From: a bacterium
Lineage (GTDB): Bacteria; Patescibacteriota; Minisyncoccia; UBA6257; GWB1-50-10
NCBI GenBank assembly: GCA_021801565.1
Contig: JAJYXV010000003.1
Span: 132,894 to 196,893 of the forward strand
Reading direction: 5' to 3'
Length of the DNA stretch: 64,000 bases
Shown: positions 29,102 through 38,562 of the stretch, piece by piece
Position numbering within the stretch: the first letter of the stretch is position 1
Layout of the letters: every line of letters starts with the position of its first letter
Notes under the pieces: model-generated
What the model saw: the letters and a program-made list of their open reading frames with translations, nothing else
The model's database searches: none
Told to the model about the DNA's origin: nothing
Program-made: the position numbers and the translations under genes

Positions 29102-30277
29102 ATGACACTAAGAAACTCAAGCGGGATTCAACGCGGGATTGCCACATTTACACTCGATTATGGGAAGTGCCCAAAGTGGCTTTTTGACCGCATGGTGATG
29201 CTGGGGCGTGAAATGATGCATGTAATCGTCGCAGAAGAGGGTCCCGACGCCTTTATACGGCGTATTGGGGATCCGGTGTGGTTCCAGTCCTTAGGGACGG
29301 TCTTGGCATTTGATTGGAATGCGTCTGGGCTTACGACGATACTTACCGCGGCACTCAAAGAAGCAATCCGAGGGGAAGAATGCAACCTTGGAGTTTTTAT
29401 TTGTGGGGGGAAAGGAAAGACATCTCGAAAGACACCCGATGAAATATTTACATGGGGATCTCGATTGGCGCTCAGTGAAAAAAATATGCGCGCACTTTCA
29501 TATAATTCACGCATGGCGGCGAAGGTGGATAGTGCACTTATTCAAGATGGATTTCAAATATATCATCATACATTTTTCTTTACAAAAAATGGAGCATGGA
29601 CAGTGGTGCAGCAGGGGATGAATAAGGAAAATCAAACTGCGCGCCGATATCATTGGCATTCGGAAACGGCAAAGGATCTTATTCGTGAACCGCATTCGGG
29701 AATTTCGAGTCAAATAAAAATTCCAAATGTTTTAAATATGACGGCGAATGAAAGTGAAAAAAATCGGGAGATAAGTGCGGATCTTACGCGTCAGAGTTTT
29801 GGGACGCTTATGAAAGATATTCAGCTTCTTCGGAGATATTATTCTCCACTTTCAAAAATGGTTTCGTTGGGAAATGGTGAGGGAAAACAGCTTACACTCC
29901 TTGAACTTGAAAACAAAGAGTTTCATACCCATCCCGTAATTACTGAAGATTTTTCAAAAAGCGCATATCTTGAGAAAATTTTGTGGAAACTATGCGATGA
30001 ACAGCCGGAGAGCTATGAAAAACTTCTTTCAACCGAAGGGGTGGGTCTAAAAACAATTCGTGCACTCGCACTTGTGTCGGAAGTCATTTATGGCGCAAAA
30101 CCTTCATATGAAGATCCTGCGCGTTATTCATTTGCGCATGGGGGAAAAGATGCAACCCCATATCCCGTTGATAGAAAGACATATGATATGACCATTAATA
30201 CCATGAAGAAATATGTGGAAAAAACGAGAATTCCGCTTCCGGAAAAAAACAAAATTCAAAAACGTCTGGCTGTTTGA
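29102..30277 (+). CDS. uncharacterised conserved protein with a helix-hairpin-helix motif (resembles DUF763-type proteins from memory); locally GC-rich
   Basis: 391 aa. An HhH-like EGVGLKTIRALALVSEVIYG is present. The gene is visibly richer in G+C than its neighbours. Confidence 0.45.
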   Translation: MTLRNSSGIQRGIATFTLDYGKCPKWLFDRMVMLGREMMHVIVAEEGPDAFIRRIGDPVWFQSLGTVLAFDWNASGLTTILTAALKEAIRGEECNLGVFICGGKGKTSRKTPDEIFTWGSRLALSEKNMRALSYNSRMAAKVDSALIQDGFQIYHHTFFFTKNGAWTVVQQGMNKENQTARRYHWHSETAKDLIREPHSGISSQIKIPNVLNMTANESEKNREISADLTRQSFGTLMKDIQLLRRYYSPLSKMVSLGNGEGKQLTLLELENKEFHTHPVITEDFSKSAYLEKILWKLCDEQPESYEKLLSTEGVGLKTIRALALVSEVIYGAKPSYEDPARYSFAHGGKDATPYPVDRKTYDMTINTMKKYVEKTRIPLPEKNKIQKRLAV

Positions 30278-30342
30278 TTGTTTTATGGGCATATAAAAAA
30301 ACTCTATATGTATAGAGCTTTTTATTCTTATGCTTTTGTTAG

Positions 30343-30747
30343 TTAGCATACTTCCCGAACCTTAACCGGAACGAGAAAAGAATTTAGCACGCCCATTATT
30401 TCTTTCATCTCTTTCCTCTTTTTTTCATTCAACTCTGTTGTATCAGACAGAGAATCGTAATATCCGATTGGAATATCGCACACAATATCTCTTTTACTTC
30501 CGTTACCAATTCCCTTGATGTGAAAATATATTAGGCCGCTTATATTGTATGGTAGAATTAGTGTAGGGGTATCGAAATTTTGTGAATTCAAATTAGGAAG
30601 AAATGATTCTTTGATAGTTACAACAAAACCTCTATCTCGTGCTTCTAATGCAAAATGTTTAAGGCACTCATAGTTTTCAGGAAAAAGATGAAAAACTACC
30701 CTTTTTGCTATTATTTTAATCTTTAGGAGAATGGATAACTTCGTCAT
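30343..30747 (-). CDS. hypothetical protein
   Basis: 134-aa ORF. Confidence 0.3.
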   Translation of the reverse strand: MTKLSILLKIKIIAKRVVFHLFPENYECLKHFALEARDRGFVVTIKESFLPNLNSQNFDTPTLILPYNISGLIYFHIKGIGNGSKRDIVCDIPIGYYDSLSDTTELNEKKRKEMKEIMGVLNSFLVPVKVREVC

Positions 30748-30911
30748 GACGCACGCTCCTTTGTTTGTGAATGGTTATTAACTGTTTTAATAATACAATA
30801 TAGGTTTATTTATGTCAAATTAAAAAGAATGTTTTAAAAAATACACACATTAGTTTGAGTGTATTTTTATTTCTTCTGAGTTTATGGTTTTAATGTTAAA
30901 ATTTAGAATGA

Positions 30912-33908
30912 ATGAAAAGAGGAGAAGAAAAATTTAATGAATTATATTTGAAATTAAATCCCGCACAGAAAGAAGCGGTAGATGCGATTGAAGGACCAGT
31001 GATGGTTGTGGCGGGACCAGGAACGGGAAAGACACAGATCTTAACACTTCGCATCGCAAATATTTTGAGAAAAACCGATACGCAGCCGGAAAATATTTTA
31101 GCGCTCACGTTTACTGAATCGGGAACAACGTCAATGAGAAAGAGATTAGTTGAAATTATCGGAAGCCCGGCATATGGAGTGGTGATTAATACGTTTCATG
31201 GATTTTGCAATGATGTGATAAAAAATTATCCGGAAGAATTTCCGCGCATTATAGGTTCCCAGAATATTACAGAAATTGATCAGGTGCGCGTTTTAGAATC
31301 TATTATTGATTCGTTGCCGCTTAAAGAATTAAAACCGTTTGGAGACACATTTTATTATTTGCGCGCGACACTTTCGAACATTAATAAACTGAAGCAAGAA
31401 GGAATAAACACCGGGAAATTTTCTGAGATAGTAAAAAAAGAGGAAATTGATTTTCACAAAATTGAAGATCTATATCACGTGAAAGGCGCGCATGCGGGGA
31501 AAATGAAAGGAGAATACCAAAAACTTTTAAAGCAGATAGAGAAAAATAAAGAACTCGTTTCCATATTTGATGAATATCAGAAAGAACTTGCACGGAGAAG
31601 ATATTATGACTATAGCGATATGATTATGGAAGTATATGAAGCATTTATGCGGAACAGCAATTTATTACTAATGCTTCAAGAACAGCATCAGTATATATTG
31701 GTTGACGAGCATCAGGACACGAATAATGCGCAAAATAAGATTTTGGAACTTCTTTCAAGTTTTTATGAAAACCCGAATATATTCGTAGTAGGGGATGAAA
31801 AGCAGGCAATATTTCGATTTCAAGGGGCATCACTTGAAAATTTTCTTTATTTCAAAAAAAAGTATCCAAATGCGAAATTAATCACACTTGAGGAAAATTA
31901 TCGTTCAACACAAGCGATTCTTGATTCTGCGCATAGTCTTATTTCCACTGAGAAAAAGTTGAAAGCTCGTCCATCCCATATCAACAAGAAAATCGAGATA
32001 TATCCGTGTATATCTATGGAATCAGAGTATTTTTTTGTCGCCGAGGAAATATCAAAAAAAATAAATAAAGATCATATACTTCCGCACGAGATAGCGGTTC
32101 TCTATCGGGATAATAAAGATGTTATTCCACTCGCCCAGGTATTTGAGAAATACGAAATTCCGTTTGTGGTCGAATCTGACCAAAATATTCTTGAGGATAT
32201 TGATATTCGGAAGTTGTTGCTTCTTCTCCGCGCAATTGATGATTTCAGTCGAGAGGATCTTTTTATTGAAGCACTTCATATAGATTTTTTACGCATATCT
32301 CCAATTGATATTTATGTGCTGGTGGATTATCGGAACAGAGAAAGATCATCTGTTCTTGATATCATGCGTTTTTCGGAAGTTATAGATTCGCTGAAGCTTG
32401 AATCGTCCGATACTATAAAAGAATTTTATAAAAACTTTTCTCACTGGAAGTTGATAAGTAAAAACAAAGACTGCGTTGTGTTTTTTGAAGAATTAGTGCG
32501 TGAATCTGGGTTCCTCTCTCATATTCTTCGTCTGCCTAATGCGGTCGAAAAAATGGATAAACTGCTTCGGTTGTTTGATGAAATAAAATCACTTGCCGAA
32601 GTGCATCGCGGGTTCACACTTGGAGATTTTCTGAAATATCTTGAAACCCTTGAAAAACATCATGTTGCAATAAAAAAAAGCGGAACACGCAAGATTCTCT
32701 CACAAGTGCGCTGCATGACTGCACACCGAGCAAAAGGACTTGAATTTGAATGTGTATATATTATCAATGCATATAACGGACATTGGGGAAACAAAAGAAA
32801 GTTAAATGTATTACCGCTTCCCACAAGAGTGTTTTCACTTTTTGATGAAACACTTACATACAACGAAGATGATGACGAACGGAGATTATTTTATGTGGCA
32901 CTTACTCGGGCAAAAAAAGAGGTAATAATTACCTATGCGAAAACCGATGAATCTGGAAAAGAAAAAATTCCGACACAATTTTTAAGTGAAATACAGAGCG
33001 ATCTAGTTGAAATAAAAGACACTGAAGAATTTGATAAAAAACATTCTTTGCAACGGGAAACTCTTTTTGCTCCGCGCACGATATCGGGAGTTGAGATAAA
33101 GAATAAAGAGTTCGTAAGAGAAATATTTTTGAGGAATGGATTATCAGTAACCGGTTTAAACAATTATCTTACGTGTCCGTGGCGATATTTTTACACGAAT
33201 TTACTCCGTATTCCAAAAGCAAAAACAAAGCATCAAATGTATGGCACTGCAATTCACGGAGCACTTCATGATTTTTTTGAGACGTTAAAACAGAGAGAAA
33301 TAGGAAAAGAATTTTTGGTACAAAAATTCGAATTTTATCTTGGACGTGAACCGCTTACTCAGAATGATTACACGGAATCAATTGAAAAAGGGAAAATATC
33401 ACTTGGCGGATATTATGATGTATATAATGGAAAATGGAACACTCGCACACTTACTGAGTTTGATATTCAAGGAGTCATGCTCTCTCCGGACATTCGTCTC
33501 ACGGGGAAAATAGACAAAATTGAAATATTGAATGATAAGGGTGAGGTAACTGTAGTTGATTACAAGACCGGAAAACCGAAGTCGCGCGGAGAAATAGAGG
33601 GACTTACAAAATCTTCTCACGGTCCGCCAGCTGGCGGAATAAAGCGCCAGCTCGTGTTTTATAAATTACTTCTCGATCTCTATAAAGAAGGAAAGAAATT
33701 TACTATGATTTCGGGGGATATTGATTTTATAGAGCCTGACGAAAGAGGAAACTACAAAAAAGAACAATATAAGATACTTCCAGAAGAAATAGAAGGGCTT
33801 AAGGACACTATTATGAACGTTTCTGATGAAATTTTAAATCTTTCTTTTTGGGATTCTTTTTGTGATGAAAAAGATTGTGAGTTTTGTGGGTTGAGAAGAA
33901 TGATGTGA
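30912..33908 (+). CDS. UvrD/PcrA-family helicase fused to a C-terminal RecB/Cas4-like PD-(D/E)xK nuclease with Fe-S Cys motifs (AddA/AdnB-like single chain)
   Basis: Helicase motifs I (AGPGTGKTQIL), II (VDEHQDTN) and VI (YVALTRAKK) are present. The nuclease carries CPWRYFY...D-x13-DYKTGK and a terminal CDEKDCEFCG. Confidence 0.85.
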   Translation: MKRGEEKFNELYLKLNPAQKEAVDAIEGPVMVVAGPGTGKTQILTLRIANILRKTDTQPENILALTFTESGTTSMRKRLVEIIGSPAYGVVINTFHGFCNDVIKNYPEEFPRIIGSQNITEIDQVRVLESIIDSLPLKELKPFGDTFYYLRATLSNINKLKQEGINTGKFSEIVKKEEIDFHKIEDLYHVKGAHAGKMKGEYQKLLKQIEKNKELVSIFDEYQKELARRRYYDYSDMIMEVYEAFMRNSNLLLMLQEQHQYILVDEHQDTNNAQNKILELLSSFYENPNIFVVGDEKQAIFRFQGASLENFLYFKKKYPNAKLITLEENYRSTQAILDSAHSLISTEKKLKARPSHINKKIEIYPCISMESEYFFVAEEISKKINKDHILPHEIAVLYRDNKDVIPLAQVFEKYEIPFVVESDQNILEDIDIRKLLLLLRAIDDFSREDLFIEALHIDFLRISPIDIYVLVDYRNRERSSVLDIMRFSEVIDSLKLESSDTIKEFYKNFSHWKLISKNKDCVVFFEELVRESGFLSHILRLPNAVEKMDKLLRLFDEIKSLAEVHRGFTLGDFLKYLETLEKHHVAIKKSGTRKILSQVRCMTAHRAKGLEFECVYIINAYNGHWGNKRKLNVLPLPTRVFSLFDETLTYNEDDDERRLFYVALTRAKKEVIITYAKTDESGKEKIPTQFLSEIQSDLVEIKDTEEFDKKHSLQRETLFAPRTISGVEIKNKEFVREIFLRNGLSVTGLNNYLTCPWRYFYTNLLRIPKAKTKHQMYGTAIHGALHDFFETLKQREIGKEFLVQKFEFYLGREPLTQNDYTESIEKGKISLGGYYDVYNGKWNTRTLTEFDIQGVMLSPDIRLTGKIDKIEILNDKGEVTVVDYKTGKPKSRGEIEGLTKSSHGPPAGGIKRQLVFYKLLLDLYKEGKKFTMISGDIDFIEPDERGNYKKEQYKILPEEIEGLKDTIMNVSDEILNLSFWDSFCDEKDCEFCGLRRMM

Positions 33909-34223
33909 TTAAAGCGGTTTTTTGACCAATAGAAGGCTTTTTTGTTTTTCTTTTTTTATTGCGTAATATGTTCCGAGCCATCCCCCAATAACCATTGGTA
34001 TAATATAGAGAAGGTTTTCAACATAATTAAGAACGCCAAAAGCACTAATAGCATAAAGAAGAGCTCCGAATGTAGCCGCAGAAGACGCTTTCAGGTTTGC
34101 TACAAAAAGCGTGTATCGAGCGTATAACCAATCATAAACAAAATATGCGATAAACATCGCAAGTACCAACCATAAATCAAGATCATTCCACGCCCATACA
34201 AGTTTTTCTATTATATTTTCCAT
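33909..34223 (-). CDS. hypothetical small membrane protein
   Basis: 104 aa with 3 TM helices. Confidence 0.3.
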   Translation of the reverse strand: MENIIEKLVWAWNDLDLWLVLAMFIAYFVYDWLYARYTLFVANLKASSAATFGALLYAISAFGVLNYVENLLYIIPMVIGGWLGTYYAIKKEKQKSLLLVKKPL

Positions 34224-34385
34224 TATTATATTTTAATATATATTTTTATTTTTGTAAATAGAATGAATTAACATGGATAAAATTTTATTCTGTTTTTTAA
34301 ATAAAGCAGTTTACATGTAATTAAATTTGGAAGGAGAAAAAAATTGTGAATACATAAAAACGGGCCTCTTAGAAAAGGCTTGTTT

Positions 34386-35348
34386 TTATTTTTCGCTTTT
34401 TATTTTGTTGAGGATCTTTTTTACTTCATCGATCCCATTTCCTTCGGTGAGGGAAATGGGAATTGGGGATATCTTCAATTTTTTTAGTTCATTCATTTTT
34501 TTCTTTATTTCTGTTTCTTTGAATAAATCACTTTTTGTGAGGAACACATATTCTTTTTTTTCCGCGAGAATTTTGCTAAATGAAGAAAGTTCGTTTTGTA
34601 TAATGCGATAGTCGCGAGTTATGTTTTCTGACTCCAATGAAATAAGATGAAAAAGCACTTTTGTGCGTTCAATGTGCCTCAAAAACTTTATTCCCAATCC
34701 TTTTCCTAAAGAAGCGCCTTCGATAAGTCCGGGAATATCTGCGAGAATAAGTTCATAATACATTCCGAGATGTGGCTCAAGCGTAGTAAATTGGTAGTTT
34801 GCCACCTTACTCTTTGCGTTTGTGAGTGCGTTTAATAAACTTGATTTTCCGGCATTTGGGAGACCAATAAGACCAACGTCGGCAATAAGTTTTAACTCAA
34901 GGCGGATTTCAAATAATTCTCCTGGAGTTCCGTATTGAAATTCCTTTGGGGAAGTGTTTACTGATGATCGAAAATGAAAATTTCCCTTTCCGCCCCTTCC
35001 TCCTTTTGCAATCAACACTTGTTCTCCGATTTTTGTTATTTCCTCGTCAATGCCGTTTGTAAGATTGTGTATAACGGTTCCAACCGGAACAGGAATAATA
35101 AGATCCTTTCCCATTCGCCCGTCCCGAAATTGAGAACGTCCTTCCTGTCCATTTTCTGCGCTCAGTTCCTTTTTGAAGCGGTATTGATTTAATGCACTTA
35201 AATCTACAACACCTTTTGCATATACGCTTCCTCCATTCCCTCCATGTGTTCCGGTAGGTCCGAGGCTTTTCATGTTGCTATTGAATGCTACTGCTCCATT
35301 TCCTCCATTGCCGGCTTTTACTTTTATAATTACATCATCAACAAGCAT
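34386..35348 (-). CDS. obg: GTPase Obg/CgtA
   Basis: The Obg fold with Gly-rich GNGGNGAV/HGGNGGSV repeats is present. The G-domain carries GLIGLPNAGKSSLL and DIPGLIEGA. The start is taken at MLVDDVII (35348), not at the longer ORF start. Confidence 0.85.
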   Translation of the reverse strand: MLVDDVIIKVKAGNGGNGAVAFNSNMKSLGPTGTHGGNGGSVYAKGVVDLSALNQYRFKKELSAENGQEGRSQFRDGRMGKDLIIPVPVGTVIHNLTNGIDEEITKIGEQVLIAKGGRGGKGNFHFRSSVNTSPKEFQYGTPGELFEIRLELKLIADVGLIGLPNAGKSSLLNALTNAKSKVANYQFTTLEPHLGMYYELILADIPGLIEGASLGKGLGIKFLRHIERTKVLFHLISLESENITRDYRIIQNELSSFSKILAEKKEYVFLTKSDLFKETEIKKKMNELKKLKISPIPISLTEGNGIDEVKKILNKIKSEK

Positions 35349-35423
35349 GAATTCATCATATATCCTTTTTTTTATTTTGTAACGATTGAGAAAATGATAA
35401 TGTGATGGTAAAGTGGAATTGTT

Positions 35424-36296
35424 ATGGATAATTTTCTTGTTCTTACAACCCATCCATCCGGAGGATATGAACTTTTGGATAGCGGAGAAGGGGAAAAATT
35501 GGAACGCTACGGAGAATTTATTCTTTCGCGTCCCGATCCGCAGGCATTGTGGAAAAAAGAAAAACCGGATGCAGAATGGAAAAAGGTTAGTGCATTTTTT
35601 TCACGTGATGCGCAAAATGCGCAGTGGGTAATAAAAAATAATCTTCCTGAAAAATGGAGTGTTGAAATTGATGGGTTGCATTTTTGGATACATCTCGGGG
35701 CATTCAAACATACCGGCGTTTTTCCTGAACAAGCTTCAAACTGGAGATGGATTGAAGAACAAATAAAGGAATCAAAGCGGAAAGTTTCGGTGTTAAATTT
35801 ATTTGGGTACACGGGAGGAGCAACACTTGCAGCGGCACGTGCAGGAGCAAGCGTGTGTCATCTTGACGGATCGAAGGTCGCAATAAACTGGGCGAAAGAA
35901 AATGCCAAATTTTCCGGATTAAAAAATGCTCCGATTCGATGGATTCTTGATGATGCAATAAAATTTCTGAAACGTGAAATAAAGCGGGGGAAAAAATATG
36001 ATGGAATTATTATGGATCCTCCCGCATTTGGTCATGGGCCGGGAGGGGAGTTGTGGAAAATTGAAGACGATTTAATTCCGCTTTTTGATTTATGCGGTGA
36101 AGTGTTATCTTCGGAGCCAATTTTCTTTTTGGTGAATGGATATGCCTCTGGTTATTCGGCAATTGCATATAAAAATAATCTTGCCCATGTTATGGAGGCG
36201 TATAAAGGTGAGATAGAAATAGGCGAACTCACTATTGAGGAATCAAAAACAAAACGCCTGCTTCCCTGCGGTATTTTTGCCCGATGGAGTAAGTAA
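35424..36296 (+). CDS. class I SAM-dependent methyltransferase (RlmI/YwbD-like rRNA MTase family)
   Basis: An N-terminal GGYELLDSGEGEKLER and an MTase fold (VLNLFGYTGG...DPPAFG) are present. Confidence 0.7.
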   Translation: MDNFLVLTTHPSGGYELLDSGEGEKLERYGEFILSRPDPQALWKKEKPDAEWKKVSAFFSRDAQNAQWVIKNNLPEKWSVEIDGLHFWIHLGAFKHTGVFPEQASNWRWIEEQIKESKRKVSVLNLFGYTGGATLAAARAGASVCHLDGSKVAINWAKENAKFSGLKNAPIRWILDDAIKFLKREIKRGKKYDGIIMDPPAFGHGPGGELWKIEDDLIPLFDLCGEVLSSEPIFFLVNGYASGYSAIAYKNNLAHVMEAYKGEIEIGELTIEESKTKRLLPCGIFARWSK

Positions 36297-36358
36297 TGTG
36301 TAAAAAAAATAATAATTCACATCCGGCCATGCCATAGCATAGCGGGTATGGGTTGAGA

Positions 36359-36395
36359 CCACTATGATGCGTCATAGTGGCTTTTGTGTCTTAGG
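36359..36395 (+). terminator. palindrome ccactatga-tgcg-tcatagtgg followed by CTTTTGTG (same family as 28815)
   Basis: Seen directly, downstream of the MTase gene. Confidence 0.45.
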
Positions 36396-37136
36396 TTTTA
36401 TATTTTTGTTGACGAAGATGTATTTATGTTTTATTCTTTTGATAGATATTTTAAACATAGTGGAGAAATAATGGATAAGGAAAAATTACAACAGAGAATT
36501 GCTGAACTATTAAGTGGTATTGGAGCAATTCATAATCAAGGTTCTTTTCTCCGTCTTCTTCTCGTGTTACTCAAATTGCGGAAGATTAAAGAAAAGCCAT
36601 ATCAATGGGCAGTCACTAAGGTTCTTATGGAATTACTCAACGTTCTTCCAAGGCAAGTGCCAAAGTGGAAAGGGGATTCGATTGAAATTTGTCAAAAAAT
36701 TGCACTTGATATTTTTTCGACACTTTCCGATATGGAAATAAAGGAAGTAAAGGGAGTGATTGAAAATCTTCTTCCGGAACGCGAAAAAATAAGGACTTTT
36801 GTAAAACATACCATAAGAACAAAAGTGAAAGATGCGTGGAATAATCTTGATGAAGAAATGACGGATGAAAAACGAATTTTTGAAGCAGCAAACGAGGCTT
36901 GTGCGATGGATCAGCTTGATGCGTTCAAATTTTTCAATCGTCTGAATAATTCTGTTCATTCGTTTTATGAAATAATGAAAAAATACCTTGAGGCAGAAAA
37001 GTTTGAAAGAGTTGAGGAAAACGATCGTTGTATCATAGGACGGAAGGGGAATCGCTGTATTATAATTACTGCAACGATTTCTCAAGGATACGTTTATGTT
37101 GGAATTGATACACTTTTTATTCCTCCCCAGAGATAA
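36384..37136 (+). CDS. hypothetical protein
   Basis: 250-aa ORF followed by the terminator aaccccttttcacaaggggttttt (37142-37167). Confidence 0.3.
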   Translation: MCLRFYIFVDEDVFMFYSFDRYFKHSGEIMDKEKLQQRIAELLSGIGAIHNQGSFLRLLLVLLKLRKIKEKPYQWAVTKVLMELLNVLPRQVPKWKGDSIEICQKIALDIFSTLSDMEIKEVKGVIENLLPEREKIRTFVKHTIRTKVKDAWNNLDEEMTDEKRIFEAANEACAMDQLDAFKFFNRLNNSVHSFYEIMKKYLEAEKFERVEENDRCIIGRKGNRCIIITATISQGYVYVGIDTLFIPPQR

Positions 37137-37176
37137 ATTATAAACCCCTTTTCACAAGGGGTTTTTATCTGACCTT

Positions 37177-37218
37177 ATATCCTCACTTCATCCACATATG
37201 TGGATGAAGTGAGGATAT
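37177..37218. repeat. 42-bp perfect palindrome ATATCCTCACTTCATCCACAT|ATGTGGATGAAGTGAGGATAT
   Basis: Reverse complement checked by hand. The two 21-nt arms match exactly with no spacer. Confidence 0.9.
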
Positions 37219-37289
37219 GGTGATTTTGTTATAAAATATATCTTTTTATTGAAAAATATTGAATTTGTTGGTACGATATTTTTGCCATT

Positions 37290-37331
37290 GCCGGATCGCC
37301 TGCTTGCGCAGGCAGGTCTAATGGTAGGACA
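37290..37331 (+). other. tRNA-Gln 5' segment duplicate (nt 1-9 and 10-25 of the downstream tRNA, split by a 17-nt GC palindrome)
   Basis: gccggatcg matches tgcgggatcg with 1 mismatch. gtctaatggtaggaca (37316-37331) is identical to tRNA nt 10-25 (37603-37618). The insert cctgcttgcgcaggcag is palindromic. Confidence 0.6.
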
Positions 37332-37336
37332 TAAGT

Positions 37337-37585
37337 ATGTGGAATGTGTACATTTTGAAAAGTGAGGGTCGTAATTGGTTTTATGTTGGGAGCACCAATG
37401 ATCTAACGCGTTGCATCAAAGAACACGAAAACGGAAAGGTACAATCGACAAAAAGTTATCGTCCACTCACCTTAGTTTTTACCAAAGAATTTGACGAGGA
37501 ACGAGATGCAGGGGCATATGAGCGTAAATTAAAAAAATGTAGAATTGAGAAAGAGAGCATAATTAAGAAATTTAATTTATGCTAA
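37337..37585 (+). CDS. small GIY-YIG nuclease family protein (COG2827-like), copy 2
   Basis: WNVYILKSEGRNWFYVGSTNDLTRCIKEHENG carries the GIY-YIG motifs. It ends 7 nt before tRNA-Gln. Confidence 0.72.
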   Translation: MWNVYILKSEGRNWFYVGSTNDLTRCIKEHENGKVQSTKSYRPLTLVFTKEFDEERDAGAYERKLKKCRIEKESIIKKFNLC

Positions 37586-37592
37586 ATGATAT

Positions 37593-37663
37593 TGCGGGAT
37601 CGTCTAATGGTAGGACAGCGGACTCTGAATCCGTCAATCTTGGTTCGAATCCAGGTCCCGCAG
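37593..37663 (+). tRNA. tRNA-Gln (anticodon CTG)
   Basis: The acceptor stem is tgcggga/tcccgca, the D-arm gtct-aatggta-ggac, and the T-arm cttgg-ttcgaat-ccagg. The anticodon loop ctCTGaa has stem gcgga/tccgt. Confidence 0.8.
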
Positions 37664-37765
37664 CACGAGTCAGCACGGTATCGAGGCAAGACCACCTTGC
37701 CTCAGCAACGACCGACTTTCTCCGTCCTTGAAAATGTCATACCGGCTGAGTGCCGTATTCAAGAC

Positions 37766-37798
37766 AAAAGGCCGCCGATACATCGGCGGCCTTTTGTC
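37766..37798 (+). terminator. strong rho-independent terminator aaaggccgccgat-a-catcggcggccttt followed by a T-run
   Basis: A 13-bp GC-rich stem followed by TTTTGTCTG. Confidence 0.7.
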
Positions 37799-37864
37799 TG
37801 TGCAGCTTAGGCTTGACTCCAAAACCATATTCATATATTCTTTTAATGCAGAAGATTTGAATAC

Positions 37865-38230
37865 TTGAATATGGCAAAGGCACACATTATAACAAAAGAT
37901 GGCACGAAAGTAACAATCGAAGGTACCCCTCAGGAGGTGGCTTCTTTAGTCACGCAATTAAAGGGAGGGATACCGCAGACTTCTGTCATATCAAAAACAA
38001 CTAAAAAACACAAAGGACAGGCAAAAGCTACCCCAGTAAACCTAATATCCGAATTTATTGATGGAGGTTTTTTTAAGAAACCTAAAGAGCTTGGCGCTAT
38101 AAAAATTGCGCTCGAGGAGCAGGGACACTACTATCCAGTTACCTCGCTATCCCCGGCGTTGTTGCGACTCGTTCGTAAACGACAACTACGACGAATCAAA
38201 GATAAGAAACGTTGGTTATATGTTAATTAA
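37865..38230 (+). CDS. island paralogous-family protein 1 (shared ~60-aa GFF...GY..S.L..AL.R module)
   Basis: LISEFIDGGFFKKPKELGAIKIALEEQGHYYPVTSLSPALLRLVRKRQLRR aligns with the corresponding segment in the next three genes. Confidence 0.45.
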   Translation: MNMAKAHIITKDGTKVTIEGTPQEVASLVTQLKGGIPQTSVISKTTKKHKGQAKATPVNLISEFIDGGFFKKPKELGAIKIALEEQGHYYPVTSLSPALLRLVRKRQLRRIKDKKRWLYVN

Positions 38231-38235
38231 AATAT

Positions 38236-38562
38236 ATGTCTAAAGAAGAAAAAACAATTAAGGATTTACTAACTCGAGTTAAGAAACTCGAAAAGACTGT
38301 TTTTGCCGAGAATAAGGCAAAACCAAAGCTTGATAATAAGCAAATCTTTGTAGGAGCAACAGGTGGATTAAGGCTTTTAATATCTAAAGGATTTTTTGAT
38401 AAAAAAAGAAGTTTCGGGGAAATAAAAAAAGCACTCGCAGACCGGGATTATCACTATAGTAATCAGGCGATACAAACACCCCTTAATAAACTCTCAAGGA
38501 TTGGAGGGCTATTAGTGGGCTTAAAAGAGAGTGGTAAGAAAGCTTATGCAAAAAGAAAATAA
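38236..38562 (+). CDS. island paralogous-family protein 2
   Basis: LLISKGFFDKKRSFGEIKKALADRDYHYSNQAIQTPLNKLSRIG is present. Confidence 0.45.
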   Translation: MSKEEKTIKDLLTRVKKLEKTVFAENKAKPKLDNKQIFVGATGGLRLLISKGFFDKKRSFGEIKKALADRDYHYSNQAIQTPLNKLSRIGGLLVGLKESGKKAYAKRK

